A stretch of 64,000 nt of DNA, from positions 32,001 through 96,000 of the IMG/VR virus record IMGVR_UViG_3300042731_004976; one strand, 5' to 3'. The notes under the pieces are model-generated. The model saw nothing but the letters and a program-made list of their open reading frames with translations. It was not told the origin of the DNA and ran no database searches. A program made the translations under genes and the position numbers. This DNA comes from a virus. This document shows, piece by piece, positions 18,568-27,262 of the stretch; position 1 is the stretch's first letter; each line of letters starts with the position of its first letter.

Positions 18568-19913
18568 ACAGCTACCAGGATCGAATCAAGTGGGGCTCGT
18601 ACTCGAAGTACGAAGGTCCCTGGACCAAGGGAGTTTTCCACTTCAACGTTGGAGACAACCCAGACTTCACACGCAAGCAGCTCGCTGTCCTTACTGCTAC
18701 CGAAGGTGGGCGATACGGCGCGATCAACATGTACGATCGCTGCATCGTCTCCGTTGGTTTGATCCAGTGGTGCGAAGCGGCCAACTTGTACCTCGTGAGC
18801 AAAATGCTCGGGCGCATCGCGGCTGCGGGCAACTACGAAACGCTTCGTGCCTACATCAAGATGATCGGCCCGGATGCGGACTTCCGAAAGAATTCCAGAG
18901 ACCAGTGGCGTTTCTTCCTCGAAGAGAAGGAAGTCGACTCGAAGGCACTGCAACGGGAGCTATTCTTCGCCGGAGGCTCCGGGCTCAGAGGACAGTGGAC
19001 TAAGGAGCAACGAACCCACGCTGAGCGTGTGTGTGCTCTCCTCAGCATGATGTGGCAAGAGCCGTCATTTCGAAAGGCTCAGGAGGACTACACGGGAGAG
19101 CGCTTGCTCGGTTTCGCGATGGCGAAGTCGAAAAAGATCCTGTTTCCAGAAAACTTCCCGACTGGGGGTTGGGACGGCGCTCTTCGGGCCGCGTTCACAT
19201 CCTTCGCTGCCAACCTTCCCGCCGTGGCGGATGAACACTTTCGTATTGCTTACGAGAAGGCGGGAGACGCCTCCATCGAAGACCTGACGATTGAAGCTCT
19301 TCGCGAGATGACCTTCGGCCCTGGTATCTCGATCTACCCTCATCGCTACAATGCCATCCGCCCTGTCTTGGAGAAGCAGTTCGGCATCGATCTCCCCGAT
19401 TTCGCCAAGGAGCTGGAGCAGTTCGAGTACCAAAATCCTTGGGCCGAGCTGTATCCAACGGTAGCTCACTTTCAGACAGCTCTGCTGGAGTTGGGCATCT
19501 ACGATCTAGGCCCTAGCGGGGCAGACAACAAGATGGGGAAGCTCACCAAGGCAGCCATCGCTCAGTTCGAGGAGGATCACAATCTACCTGTGGATGGCAA
19601 ACCTGACCGCAAGTTCGCCGAAGCCCTTCGCGACGCGGTCAACGAAGCACGTGAAAACGGTCTTGCTGCCAACGCCAGCACCGACGTGGAAGAAGAAGTT
19701 CCGGAGGAGGACCCCTTCGACGCTCCGGATCCAGACGTTCCCGACGTGATGTCCATTCCGGACCCAAGACCCCCGGGAGACGGACATAGTACCCCTCCCC
19801 CTCCAACAAGCGAACCTGTACCAAAGAAGTCGTCGGGGGCTGCCAAGACCACAGGCATCGTGGTATTCGTGGTGGGCTTGCTCGGAGCGCTATGGAAGCT
19901 CTTCAGTGAGTAG
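18558..19913 (+). CDS. Putative endolysin: lysozyme-like domain, peptidoglycan-binding domain and C-terminal TM helix
   Basis: EG...AIN.YD...S.G.IQW; Q..L...G....G.D..G..T..AI..F...L..DG PG-binding motif; hydrophobic C-terminus. Confidence 0.75.
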   Translation: MSLDSYQDRIKWGSYSKYEGPWTKGVFHFNVGDNPDFTRKQLAVLTATEGGRYGAINMYDRCIVSVGLIQWCEAANLYLVSKMLGRIAAAGNYETLRAYIKMIGPDADFRKNSRDQWRFFLEEKEVDSKALQRELFFAGGSGLRGQWTKEQRTHAERVCALLSMMWQEPSFRKAQEDYTGERLLGFAMAKSKKILFPENFPTGGWDGALRAAFTSFAANLPAVADEHFRIAYEKAGDASIEDLTIEALREMTFGPGISIYPHRYNAIRPVLEKQFGIDLPDFAKELEQFEYQNPWAELYPTVAHFQTALLELGIYDLGPSGADNKMGKLTKAAIAQFEEDHNLPVDGKPDRKFAEALRDAVNEARENGLAANASTDVEEEVPEEDPFDAPDPDVPDVMSIPDPRPPGDGHSTPPPPTSEPVPKKSSGAAKTTGIVVFVVGLLGALWKLFSE

Positions 19914-20232
19914 CGAAAGGACGATGGACATGAGCACGGACGCCAAGGATCTGAGGAACGAAAACGATCGCGTACAGCTTCTCCAAAACCTGTACGGGAT
20001 GATTGGCGAGGTGAATAGCGCGGCGTACTTCGCTGCCCAGTTCGCAAAGGCGACTCTCGAAGGAGCTACTCCTCAGAGCGTCAAGACCAGCGGTCCTGAC
20101 TACAACGTGTTGAAGTTGGGGTTGCAGGCTCTAGAGGCCGCAACGGCGGCGGCCGTGGCGATTAACGATCTGAGCGAGAAAGCGGTTCGCCTTTCTCAGG
20201 AGATTCGGAATGGGCAACAACTCAACGAGTAA
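19906..20232 (+). CDS. Hypothetical helical protein
   Basis: 108-aa ORF. Confidence 0.55.
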   Translation: MSSERTMDMSTDAKDLRNENDRVQLLQNLYGMIGEVNSAAYFAAQFAKATLEGATPQSVKTSGPDYNVLKLGLQALEAATAAAVAINDLSEKAVRLSQEIRNGQQLNE

Positions 20233-20303
20233 CTTCGAGGAGTACCTGAAGTCCGACCCAAGAGCAGTAGAGCGCTTGAATCAGGTCTGCGACGTTCCGG
20301 AGA

Positions 20304-21506
20304 GTGTCGATGGCGAAAGCACACGCCCGCCCGCCCCGCGAAAAAAAGAAAGCACCCCCGCTCGACCCGAGTAACAGGATCTTTTCGGGTCCTTGTCTGA
20401 ACCACCTGCGTCTCTTCCCTGACAACAGCATAGATGCCGTTGTCATGGATCCTCCGTACGGCTTGGGTACGAAGGAGCCGACGCTAGACGAGATCCTCGC
20501 GTACCTACAGGGAGCGGACCTCGATACAGGCGGGGATTTCATGAGCACGGATTGGGAGATCCCGTCCGTACTCGTATGGCGAGAGCTGTACCGAGTTCTC
20601 AAACCCGGAGGGTACGTGCTGACGTTCGGAGGGACTCGAACGTGGGACTTGATCAGCTTGGGTGCGCGAGCAGCGAGTTTCGAGTATCGAGACTCGATCC
20701 CGAACATCTTCCCCGACCTTCCTGGCTTCCTGTGGCTCTACGCCCAGGGACGAGCCAAGATGAGCTTGGCGAACACGCTCGCAAAGAAAGCCACCAAGGA
20801 AGAACAAGAGGCGTGGAAGGGGCTCGACGTTGGGCTGAAGCCTGCTTGGGAACCGATCTTGATGTATCGCAAACCTCTCGAAGGTTCGATACTCGACAAC
20901 CTACGGAAGTGGGGTACCGGAGCACTCAACATCGACGGTACGCGGGTCTTCACTGATTGGAATGAGCCCGACCGCTCTGACAGTTGGAAGCGTAGCGGGC
21001 ACACTAAGAAGCCGGATGCGAAGAAGATCGCAGCTCCTCCGGGACAGGGCATCAACCTACATCCGCTCGGCAGGTGGCCTCCAAACGTAATCTTCGTTCA
21101 CGCTCCCGAATGCAAAGAGATCGATGCGGCTTCGGAGAAATGGAAATGCGCTCCGGGGTGTCCCGTAGAGGACCTCGACGAGGGCACACGCAGGTTCTTT
21201 CCACGGCTACCTCCCTTCCAGTACGAGGGCAAAGTGAGCCGGAAGGAAGCGACCCTAGATGGGGAGCTGAAGAACGATCACTTGACCAAGAAGCCCGTGG
21301 CCGTGATGAAGCGGTTGGTTACTCTTGTTACCCCTCCCGCTGGGTTGGTCCTAGACCCTTACTGCGGATCTGGGTCGACGCTTCACGCCGCCGTCGAGGC
21401 AGGCTTCCGGTTCTGTGGTATTGAGAAGGATCCGGAGTCGTTCAAGACGTCCGTGAAGCGAATTCAACTGGTGGCTGCCCGTCAGGGGCGCATCTGGAAA
21501 CAGTAG
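20304..21506 (+). CDS. DNA N6-adenine/N4-cytosine methyltransferase (beta-class order)
   Basis: DPPY precedes H.T.KP and VLDPYCGSGST. Confidence 0.9.
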   Translation: MSMAKAHARPPREKKKAPPLDPSNRIFSGPCLNHLRLFPDNSIDAVVMDPPYGLGTKEPTLDEILAYLQGADLDTGGDFMSTDWEIPSVLVWRELYRVLKPGGYVLTFGGTRTWDLISLGARAASFEYRDSIPNIFPDLPGFLWLYAQGRAKMSLANTLAKKATKEEQEAWKGLDVGLKPAWEPILMYRKPLEGSILDNLRKWGTGALNIDGTRVFTDWNEPDRSDSWKRSGHTKKPDAKKIAAPPGQGINLHPLGRWPPNVIFVHAPECKEIDAASEKWKCAPGCPVEDLDEGTRRFFPRLPPFQYEGKVSRKEATLDGELKNDHLTKKPVAVMKRLVTLVTPPAGLVLDPYCGSGSTLHAAVEAGFRFCGIEKDPESFKTSVKRIQLVAARQGRIWKQ

Positions 21507-21519
21507 GAGGCAGCAGAAG

Positions 21520-21723
21520 ATGAAGGGCTTCCCCATACACACGAAATCCGACGAAGGACCAAAAGTCGAGCCGAATCGCTATCAACGCCGTGCGCAAGCT
21601 GCCTTGGATCGGAAGGAGCACCGCAAGACGGTCAAGGCGTTGGAACGTCAGGCGAAGGTCGCTTACGAACGAACACGGTTGGTCTCAAAGGAGGAGGCTG
21701 AAACCGACTACGACTTCGGGTAA
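21520..21723 (+). CDS. Hypothetical protein
   Basis: AGGAGG RBS; NRYQRR motif. Confidence 0.55.
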   Translation: MKGFPIHTKSDEGPKVEPNRYQRRAQAALDRKEHRKTVKALERQAKVAYERTRLVSKEEAETDYDFG

Positions 21724-21728
21724 CCTGT

Positions 21729-22100
21729 ATGCCCATGCACGCCCTTGCATCAGCTGCCGACTCCGGAGGGGGAGCTGTCGATGGGATCTCGGAGCTAGCC
21801 AAGCAAGGGGTCCTAGGGCTCGTAGCCAGTCTTCTCATCCTCGCGCTCATTTGGGTCACGAAGAACTGGAAGACTTCGATGGAAGATCGTCTTGCAGACG
21901 CCAAGGGCTACGGTGCAGATCTCAAGGCTATCAACGACGCGGCTACAAATCTCGTCGTCGAAACGAACAGATCGTCAGACGCGCTACGCACCACGTGCGT
22001 GGAGTTGAAGGCCGATGTGACAGGGACCAAAGAAGAACTGGGGAAGCTTCGCGAAAGACAGGCGGAGTTCATTGCAGCCGCAAAAGGACTCAACGGGTGA
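21729..22100 (+). CDS. Putative holin-like membrane protein
   Basis: One TM helix (GVLGLVASLLILALIWV) followed by a coiled coil. Confidence 0.45.
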   Translation: MPMHALASAADSGGGAVDGISELAKQGVLGLVASLLILALIWVTKNWKTSMEDRLADAKGYGADLKAINDAATNLVVETNRSSDALRTTCVELKADVTGTKEELGKLRERQAEFIAAAKGLNG

Positions 22101-22105
22101 TCGCC

Positions 22106-22348
22106 ATGAGTTTCGCTTCCTGGTTCAAGGATTGGCTTACCCTGGGTTCACGCTCCAACGATGTGATCCGAGAGTTGGAAGAGCAGCGGCGGCGCGCTGC
22201 GGCAGTGAGGATGGATATGGAACGCGCCGCAGGCGATCAAGCGGACCGCCGGACGAAAATGCGTGCTACATTCCATCCGGAGGAAGCTGATGACGGACAA
22301 AAGATCAAAATCCCCCACCGACCCGAGTTCAAGTCCTCCGCAGGATGA
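22106..22348 (+). CDS. Hypothetical protein
   Basis: ATG 22106 within ORF 21590..22348. Confidence 0.5.
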   Translation: MSFASWFKDWLTLGSRSNDVIRELEEQRRRAAAVRMDMERAAGDQADRRTKMRATFHPEEADDGQKIKIPHRPEFKSSAG

Positions 22349-23243
22349 ATCCGCCTCGAAGATCGAATCGGTACCGTCCCAGAAAGCCTCTTCCGTATCC
22401 GGATCACATCGTTTCGATCTGAGCAAGACGTTGAGCACGAGTGTCGCTGCGGAGAGCATCGCCTCCGGCAAGAAGACTATGACGGAGCGCGCAGAAGAGA
22501 AGGCCAAGACCGTCATGCCTATGCCAAAGCCTATCAGAGGGGCTCCGGTTGCAGTTCCCGCGAGCCCTCCTCCGCCGGACGAGAAAGCTCCCAAGGAGGA
22601 TCGAGTCTCTCTCGTCGAGTCCGGAGAAGAAGATGCGACGCAGGGGATGAACACGTTCACGCACTACGCGGACACGATCACTGACGCACTCTTTTACATC
22701 ATCGGAGTTTTCGACAAGGCTACCGCAAGGATCAACCTCGGGGTTGGACTGCTGTTCCTAGTAGTGGCTGGTCAGTCTGTTCTCCTCTACCGCTTCGAAG
22801 GTGCACTCGCTGACCAGAAGATAGATCGAAAGAAGAACAAAGAGCTTCTCGTTGAGCTTCAGAAGCTCAAAGACGAGTTGGTGACGGTGAAGACCGACGC
22901 GAAAGAAACCAAAGAGAGTGTGGCCGAGGTCAAGGAAGCCGCAGATCAAAAAGCAAACATCGACATCGAGGTCGATGAGACGGGCGCTGCGAAGGTTGTG
23001 ATTCTTCCGAAGACGTACAAGGCGAAGGTAACCGAGGCGAAGAAGTCCAAAGCGTCCAAGAAGCGCAAGTCGTCCTCCTCCTTCTCAGCACCTCCTGCCC
23101 CGAAGCCTGCTCATAAGGTGGTGGAAGCTCCGTCACCGAAGGCTATCGAGATTCCGCTGAAGCTGCCTCCGGGAGCGCGTGTGGTAGACGCGCCCGAGTC
23201 TGTCGTTCAGCCGCCGATGGCGGAAAAAACGCCGAAGAAGTAG
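22290..23243 (+). CDS. Membrane protein with TM helix and coiled coil
   Basis: GGAGG upstream; central hydrophobic helix; low-complexity flanks. Confidence 0.6.
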   Translation: MTDKRSKSPTDPSSSPPQDESASKIESVPSQKASSVSGSHRFDLSKTLSTSVAAESIASGKKTMTERAEEKAKTVMPMPKPIRGAPVAVPASPPPPDEKAPKEDRVSLVESGEEDATQGMNTFTHYADTITDALFYIIGVFDKATARINLGVGLLFLVVAGQSVLLYRFEGALADQKIDRKKNKELLVELQKLKDELVTVKTDAKETKESVAEVKEAADQKANIDIEVDETGAAKVVILPKTYKAKVTEAKKSKASKKRKSSSSFSAPPAPKPAHKVVEAPSPKAIEIPLKLPPGARVVDAPESVVQPPMAEKTPKK

Positions 23244-23248
23244 CCCCA

Positions 23249-23277
23249 TTGGCTATCCGATAAGTATGTGATAGCTT
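23249..23277 (+). promoter_or_regulatory. Possible promoter (variant -35)
   Basis: TTGGCT-N17-TAGCTT with extended TG. Confidence 0.45.
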
Positions 23278-23287
23278 CCGGCAACAC

Positions 23288-23785
23288 ATGCCGCAAGCTG
23301 GTTTCACAAGCGCTCCGGTTTTGACTCCCGAGGCGATCGATGAGGTCGAGATGTGGGCGCAAGCCGCCCTGGAAGACGATCCCGACGACGCTCTCGCGAA
23401 GATCTCCCTTGCTCTCGTTCAGGAGAACAGGGAGCTACGCATGTTTCTTCATAGAGATGCGGACGGTCAGCTATCGATCTTGCAGAAGGTTCAGCTTGAG
23501 AACGAGCGCTTGGAGAAGAAGCTGCGCGACCAGGAAGATATTATCGGGCGTCGATCCAAGGAACTTCGGGAGAAGAGCCAAGAGCTGAGCGGGTTGAAAC
23601 AGCGTTTGGATCGCTACACGAAGATCCTACACAAGGTAGAGGTCCTGTTGCACATCGCTCGAACGCGCATGGCGGATGACGGCAGCATCGACCACGGAGG
23701 TCCGGAAGAGATCGGACGCCTCATGGGGTTGGTGGAGAAAGAGTACGACAGAGTGGCAGAACAACAGCAAGGGCCTCAGGGATGA
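23288..23785 (+). CDS. Coiled-coil hypothetical protein
   Basis: 165-aa ORF coupled to dcd. Confidence 0.6.
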   Translation: MPQAGFTSAPVLTPEAIDEVEMWAQAALEDDPDDALAKISLALVQENRELRMFLHRDADGQLSILQKVQLENERLEKKLRDQEDIIGRRSKELREKSQELSGLKQRLDRYTKILHKVEVLLHIARTRMADDGSIDHGGPEEIGRLMGLVEKEYDRVAEQQQGPQG

Positions 23786-24336
23786 TTCTATCAGACGGTG
23801 ACATCGAGACTCGCTTGGAGAGCGGAGACCTCGTCATACACCCCTTGATCAATTCCAAGTTACAGGTCCAACCAGCGAGTGTGGACCTTCGACTCGACAA
23901 GAACTTCATACGGGTGCGCAAGTCGCACGTTGGGGTGATTGACTTGGCCGATCCCGTTCAGGAGCTGGACCGCGTCACCACTGAAGACTCCTTCGTAATC
24001 GAGCCGTGGGAGTTCGTGCTCGCTTCTACTGCGGAAACGATTCGCATGCCCAACGATCTTGTGGGGCGTGTCGAGGGACGCAGTAGCTTAGGTCGCTTGG
24101 GTCTCATCATCCACGTCACCGCAGGTTTCGTGGACCCGGGATTCGAGGGACAGATCACATTGGAGATGACGAACTTCAATCCTTCGCCTCTTCGACTTCA
24201 CGTCGGTATGCGAGTCTGTCAGCTCTCGCTGGAGCAGATGACGAGCCCGGCCAAGCGCCCCTACGGAAAAGAACGAGGCAGCAAGTACATCGGAGAGGCT
24301 GCGGTGGGCGCAGTCCCCTCGCGGTACCGGCCCTGA
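23782..24336 (+). CDS. dcd: dCTP deaminase
   Basis: ILSD..I, QPASVDLRL, EGRSSLGRLGL, AGFVDPGFEG.ITLE, SKY. Confidence 0.95.
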   Translation: MILSDGDIETRLESGDLVIHPLINSKLQVQPASVDLRLDKNFIRVRKSHVGVIDLADPVQELDRVTTEDSFVIEPWEFVLASTAETIRMPNDLVGRVEGRSSLGRLGLIIHVTAGFVDPGFEGQITLEMTNFNPSPLRLHVGMRVCQLSLEQMTSPAKRPYGKERGSKYIGEAAVGAVPSRYRP

Positions 24337-24340
24337 ACCC

Positions 24341-24362
24341 GATGCGTCCATATGGACGCATC
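24341..24362. repeat. Perfect palindrome, copy 1
   Basis: GATGCGTCCATATGGACGCATC, intergenic. Confidence 0.9.
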
Positions 24363-24380
24363 CCACGGACGGAGGAATAG

Positions 24381-25055
24381 GTGAGCCGGTTCTTTCTCGA
24401 CACTGAATTCATCGAAGACGGACAAACCATCGAGTTGATCTCCATCGGAGTCGTTTCGGACGATGGCCATGAGCTGTATCTCTGCAACAGCGATTGCGAT
24501 CTCTCGCGTTCCGGTGATTGGGTACGCGCTCATGTGTTGCCTCACCTGCCGGAGAAGAAGTGGGAGCTACGGAAAGATCCGTGGTTTTCGATGATGCGTC
24601 GTCACAAGGACGCTGGGCATTGCTACTACCTGTCATCACGCCAGTGTAGTCGGGCTCACCTAGTTCGGCCTGCCTACGGAGAAGCGGAGATAGTTCCAAA
24701 GCCTCTGCTGCCCTGGGCGACGAAGCTCGACTTGAGATCGCACTTGTGCGCCTTCATCCAGGAACACACCCCGAAGGGGAACCGTCCCGAGTTCTGGATG
24801 TACCACGGCGCCTACGACTGGGTTGTCGTCTGTCAGCTCTTCGGACGCATGATCGATCTCCCTAGCGGTTGGCCGCACCACTTCATGGACCTGAAGCAAT
24901 TCGCAGTCATGTCCGGAAACGAGCGCCTGATCGAGCAACCCATTCCGAAGCACCACGCCTTGCAGGATGCGCACTGGGTCCGGGACGCCTACCTCGATTG
25001 CTTGAAGCGTGATGCCCAGAAGATGCTCGACTGGGTGAGAATGCAGGAAGCGTGA
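24381..25055 (+). CDS. DEDDh 3'-5' exo(ribo)nuclease, Rv2179c/RNase AS-like
   Basis: FLDTEF...LISIG, YDW...LFG, DLKQ, HHALQDA. Confidence 0.85.
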   Translation: MSRFFLDTEFIEDGQTIELISIGVVSDDGHELYLCNSDCDLSRSGDWVRAHVLPHLPEKKWELRKDPWFSMMRRHKDAGHCYYLSSRQCSRAHLVRPAYGEAEIVPKPLLPWATKLDLRSHLCAFIQEHTPKGNRPEFWMYHGAYDWVVVCQLFGRMIDLPSGWPHHFMDLKQFAVMSGNERLIEQPIPKHHALQDAHWVRDAYLDCLKRDAQKMLDWVRMQEA

Positions 25056-25456
25056 TCGTCTACATTCGGCAATTTCGAATGGAGCAGTCAGCGATGTCTG
25101 CTTACAGTAGCTACATGGGTCCGGGCCCGGTCACGATAGAGATAGAGCTGGTGGCAGAGGGTTCGGAGGGCTACGAAGACCTGAAACACCACGGTCCCTT
25201 CATCTTGGAGCCCTTGAACAAGCATACCCAGAGACGCGAGGCGCCTCGTCCCGAGACACTCGCTCCGTCGAACGCTACGATGGCGAATCCGGAGATGCTC
25301 GCTGTCGATACTCCCTCGCCTACCGAGGCGCAGGCCGAAGCCGATCAAGAAAGGATGCATCGTATGACGACGCCATACGAAGAAGACTATCAATGGTCAG
25401 GATGTCCTGACTGCAACACCAAACCCTGCTGCTGTGCACTGCCGGATCTATTCTGA
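25052..25456 (+). CDS. Hypothetical protein with C-terminal Cys cluster
   Basis: GTGA overlap with the upstream gene. Confidence 0.55.
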   Translation: MIVYIRQFRMEQSAMSAYSSYMGPGPVTIEIELVAEGSEGYEDLKHHGPFILEPLNKHTQRREAPRPETLAPSNATMANPEMLAVDTPSPTEAQAEADQERMHRMTTPYEEDYQWSGCPDCNTKPCCCALPDLF

Positions 25457-25755
25457 TGGGCCTATTCGACTACATCGACATGTTGATGACTGAGGAACAG
25501 GCGCAGGAGTGCGCCAAGTCGGGTGTGATCTACACGCCGTACGTCCCTCTCCAGGTCTCCAAGGTCATGATCAAAACCACCGTCACCCTCCACCTCGAAG
25601 AGTGTGACTGTCCTGCGTGTTGTCCCTATCACGTAGCAGCACGCCGGCATCCGTACGGACCCGGGCAGGTACTCTCAGTCTCCCTAGCCGATGGCGAATC
25701 TCCTCCAAAGGGCTGGAAACGGGTACCAAAAGATCCGAACAGTTCTCTTCCTTGA
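25456..25755 (+). CDS. Small protein carrying a gp23 major-capsid C-terminal motif
   Basis: GVIYTPYVPLQVS resembles gp23-family G(I/Y)xYAPY(V/I)(P/A)L. Confidence 0.55.
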   Translation: MGLFDYIDMLMTEEQAQECAKSGVIYTPYVPLQVSKVMIKTTVTLHLEECDCPACCPYHVAARRHPYGPGQVLSVSLADGESPPKGWKRVPKDPNSSLP

Positions 25756-25780
25756 CAATTCCAAAGATATACGGTAGGGT
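25752..25780 (+). promoter_or_regulatory. Sigma70-type promoter
   Basis: TTGACA-N17-TAGGGT. Confidence 0.75.
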
Positions 25781-25789
25781 CAGATCACT

Positions 25790-26731
25790 ATGAATGAAGA
25801 GACCCTCCGCGACCGTCGACTTGGGACCATTCTCGCCGGAGCTATCGGCGATGCCCTCGGACACCCGACCGAGTTCATGTCCCTGTCCTCGATCTACGAG
25901 AAGTACGGGGTGGATGGCGTTCAGGGCTTCTCTCTCTGGCGGAAGGACCCCGAGACGGGCAAGGAGTACTCCCCCTACACCGACGACACCCAGATGGCGG
26001 AGGTGGTCCTCCGAACCATCCTGAGTGCCCAGTTGGCCGACTTGGACGAGGAGCACATGTTCGAGAAGATGGCTGAGGGCTTCGTGGAGTGGGCCAGAAA
26101 CCCCCAGGGAGGCCACAGAGCGCCCGGAGGAGCCTGTATGAGCGGTTGCCGGGCCCTGGGCAGCGGAGTGCCCTGGAGAGAGGCTGGAGGCCCCTCTGCG
26201 GGCGGCTGTGGGTCGGTCATGCGCTGCTACCCCTTTGGGCTCTTCTTCGAGCCGGACGAGGCGGAGAGGCTGGCCGTGGCGCACTCGGCCATGACCCATC
26301 GGGACCCCATCGCGCTGGCTGCCTGTGCCGCCATGGCGAGGGGGGTGGCCCTCAACCTGAGGGACGTCCCCGTGGACGAGGTCATCCAGGAGATGATCGC
26401 TGCTGCGGCGCGTTATAGCGAGCAGACGGCTGAGATGATGACGGATGCTTGGGAGCAGGCCAAGGCCGGGACTCACGCGGACGTGGTGCTCTCTCGGTAC
26501 GAGGGCTGGGCAGCCCATGATGCCATCGCTGCGACGGTCTACCTGTTCGCCTGCTTCCCCGAGGATCCCAAGGGAGCCATGCTCCGCGGCGTGACCAGCA
26601 AGGGGGACTCCGACTCCCTGGGAACGCTTGCTGGGGCCATCGTGGCCTCGCGTACGGGGCTCAAGTCCCTTCCCGAGGACTTGGTCCGAGACGTCGAGCG
26701 CTCGGAGGTCTTCCTGAGCATTCTCGACTGA
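25790..26731 (+). CDS. ADP-ribosylglycohydrolase (DraG/ARH family)
   Basis: GAIGDALG..EF, YTDDTQM, GCGSVMR, GDSDS. Confidence 0.95.
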   Translation: MNEETLRDRRLGTILAGAIGDALGHPTEFMSLSSIYEKYGVDGVQGFSLWRKDPETGKEYSPYTDDTQMAEVVLRTILSAQLADLDEEHMFEKMAEGFVEWARNPQGGHRAPGGACMSGCRALGSGVPWREAGGPSAGGCGSVMRCYPFGLFFEPDEAERLAVAHSAMTHRDPIALAACAAMARGVALNLRDVPVDEVIQEMIAAAARYSEQTAEMMTDAWEQAKAGTHADVVLSRYEGWAAHDAIAATVYLFACFPEDPKGAMLRGVTSKGDSDSLGTLAGAIVASRTGLKSLPEDLVRDVERSEVFLSILD

Positions 26732-26741
26732 GACCTCTCCC

Positions 26742-27023
26742 GTGAGCGCTGTGGTCTTGAAAGACGAACGCTTCAAGCGTGTGCGCGCCTTCGACGCAGA
26801 TCCCGAGGTCTACCTGAACGGGATGCTGCTTCACGAAGGCATCGACTACTCATGGCTGGAGGGCGACCGCTTGCAGATAGGACCCCTGCCCGTCATAGAG
26901 TCGGACTTCCTCGCGCTGCAACCGAAGAATCTGATCACAAAGAAGTACATCGCAGAAGAGTCGATCAGCCTCGTGGTCATGGAAGTAGAGGAGAGAGATC
27001 TCCTCACTCCGGAGGTCGGTTGA
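26742..27023 (+). CDS. Small protein with virion-type VYLNG...G.DY beta motif
   Basis: VYLNGMLLHEGIDYSW. Confidence 0.5.
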   Translation: MSAVVLKDERFKRVRAFDADPEVYLNGMLLHEGIDYSWLEGDRLQIGPLPVIESDFLALQPKNLITKKYIAEESISLVVMEVEERDLLTPEVG

Positions 27024-27262
27024 TGACCGTTCCGAAAGTCGCTGACTACTTCCTCGTAGGAACACTCGACGAGCAATTCGTCGTGAACGCCCCGTCGCTT
27101 TCTGGGAAGCGAGAGAAGCTCGACTTTACCTGGCACGCGAGTCTCGCTTGGCACTTTCTGGATCGGCGACAGGCGGACGGGTTCATTCGAGATCATCCAG
27201 AACACAAGCTCGTACGATACCTATACGAGACTTGCACTTCCTTCGATGGATACCCCCGATGA
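27023..27262 (+). CDS. Hypothetical protein
   Basis: GGAGG RBS; TGATG coupling. Confidence 0.55.
   Translation: MTVPKVADYFLVGTLDEQFVVNAPSLSGKREKLDFTWHASLAWHFLDRRQADGFIRDHPEHKLVRYLYETCTSFDGYPR

Noticed and set aside
22290-23243. Spanin assignment for the TM/coiled-coil protein
   Set aside because: The TM is central and no nested or adjacent lipoprotein partner was seen.
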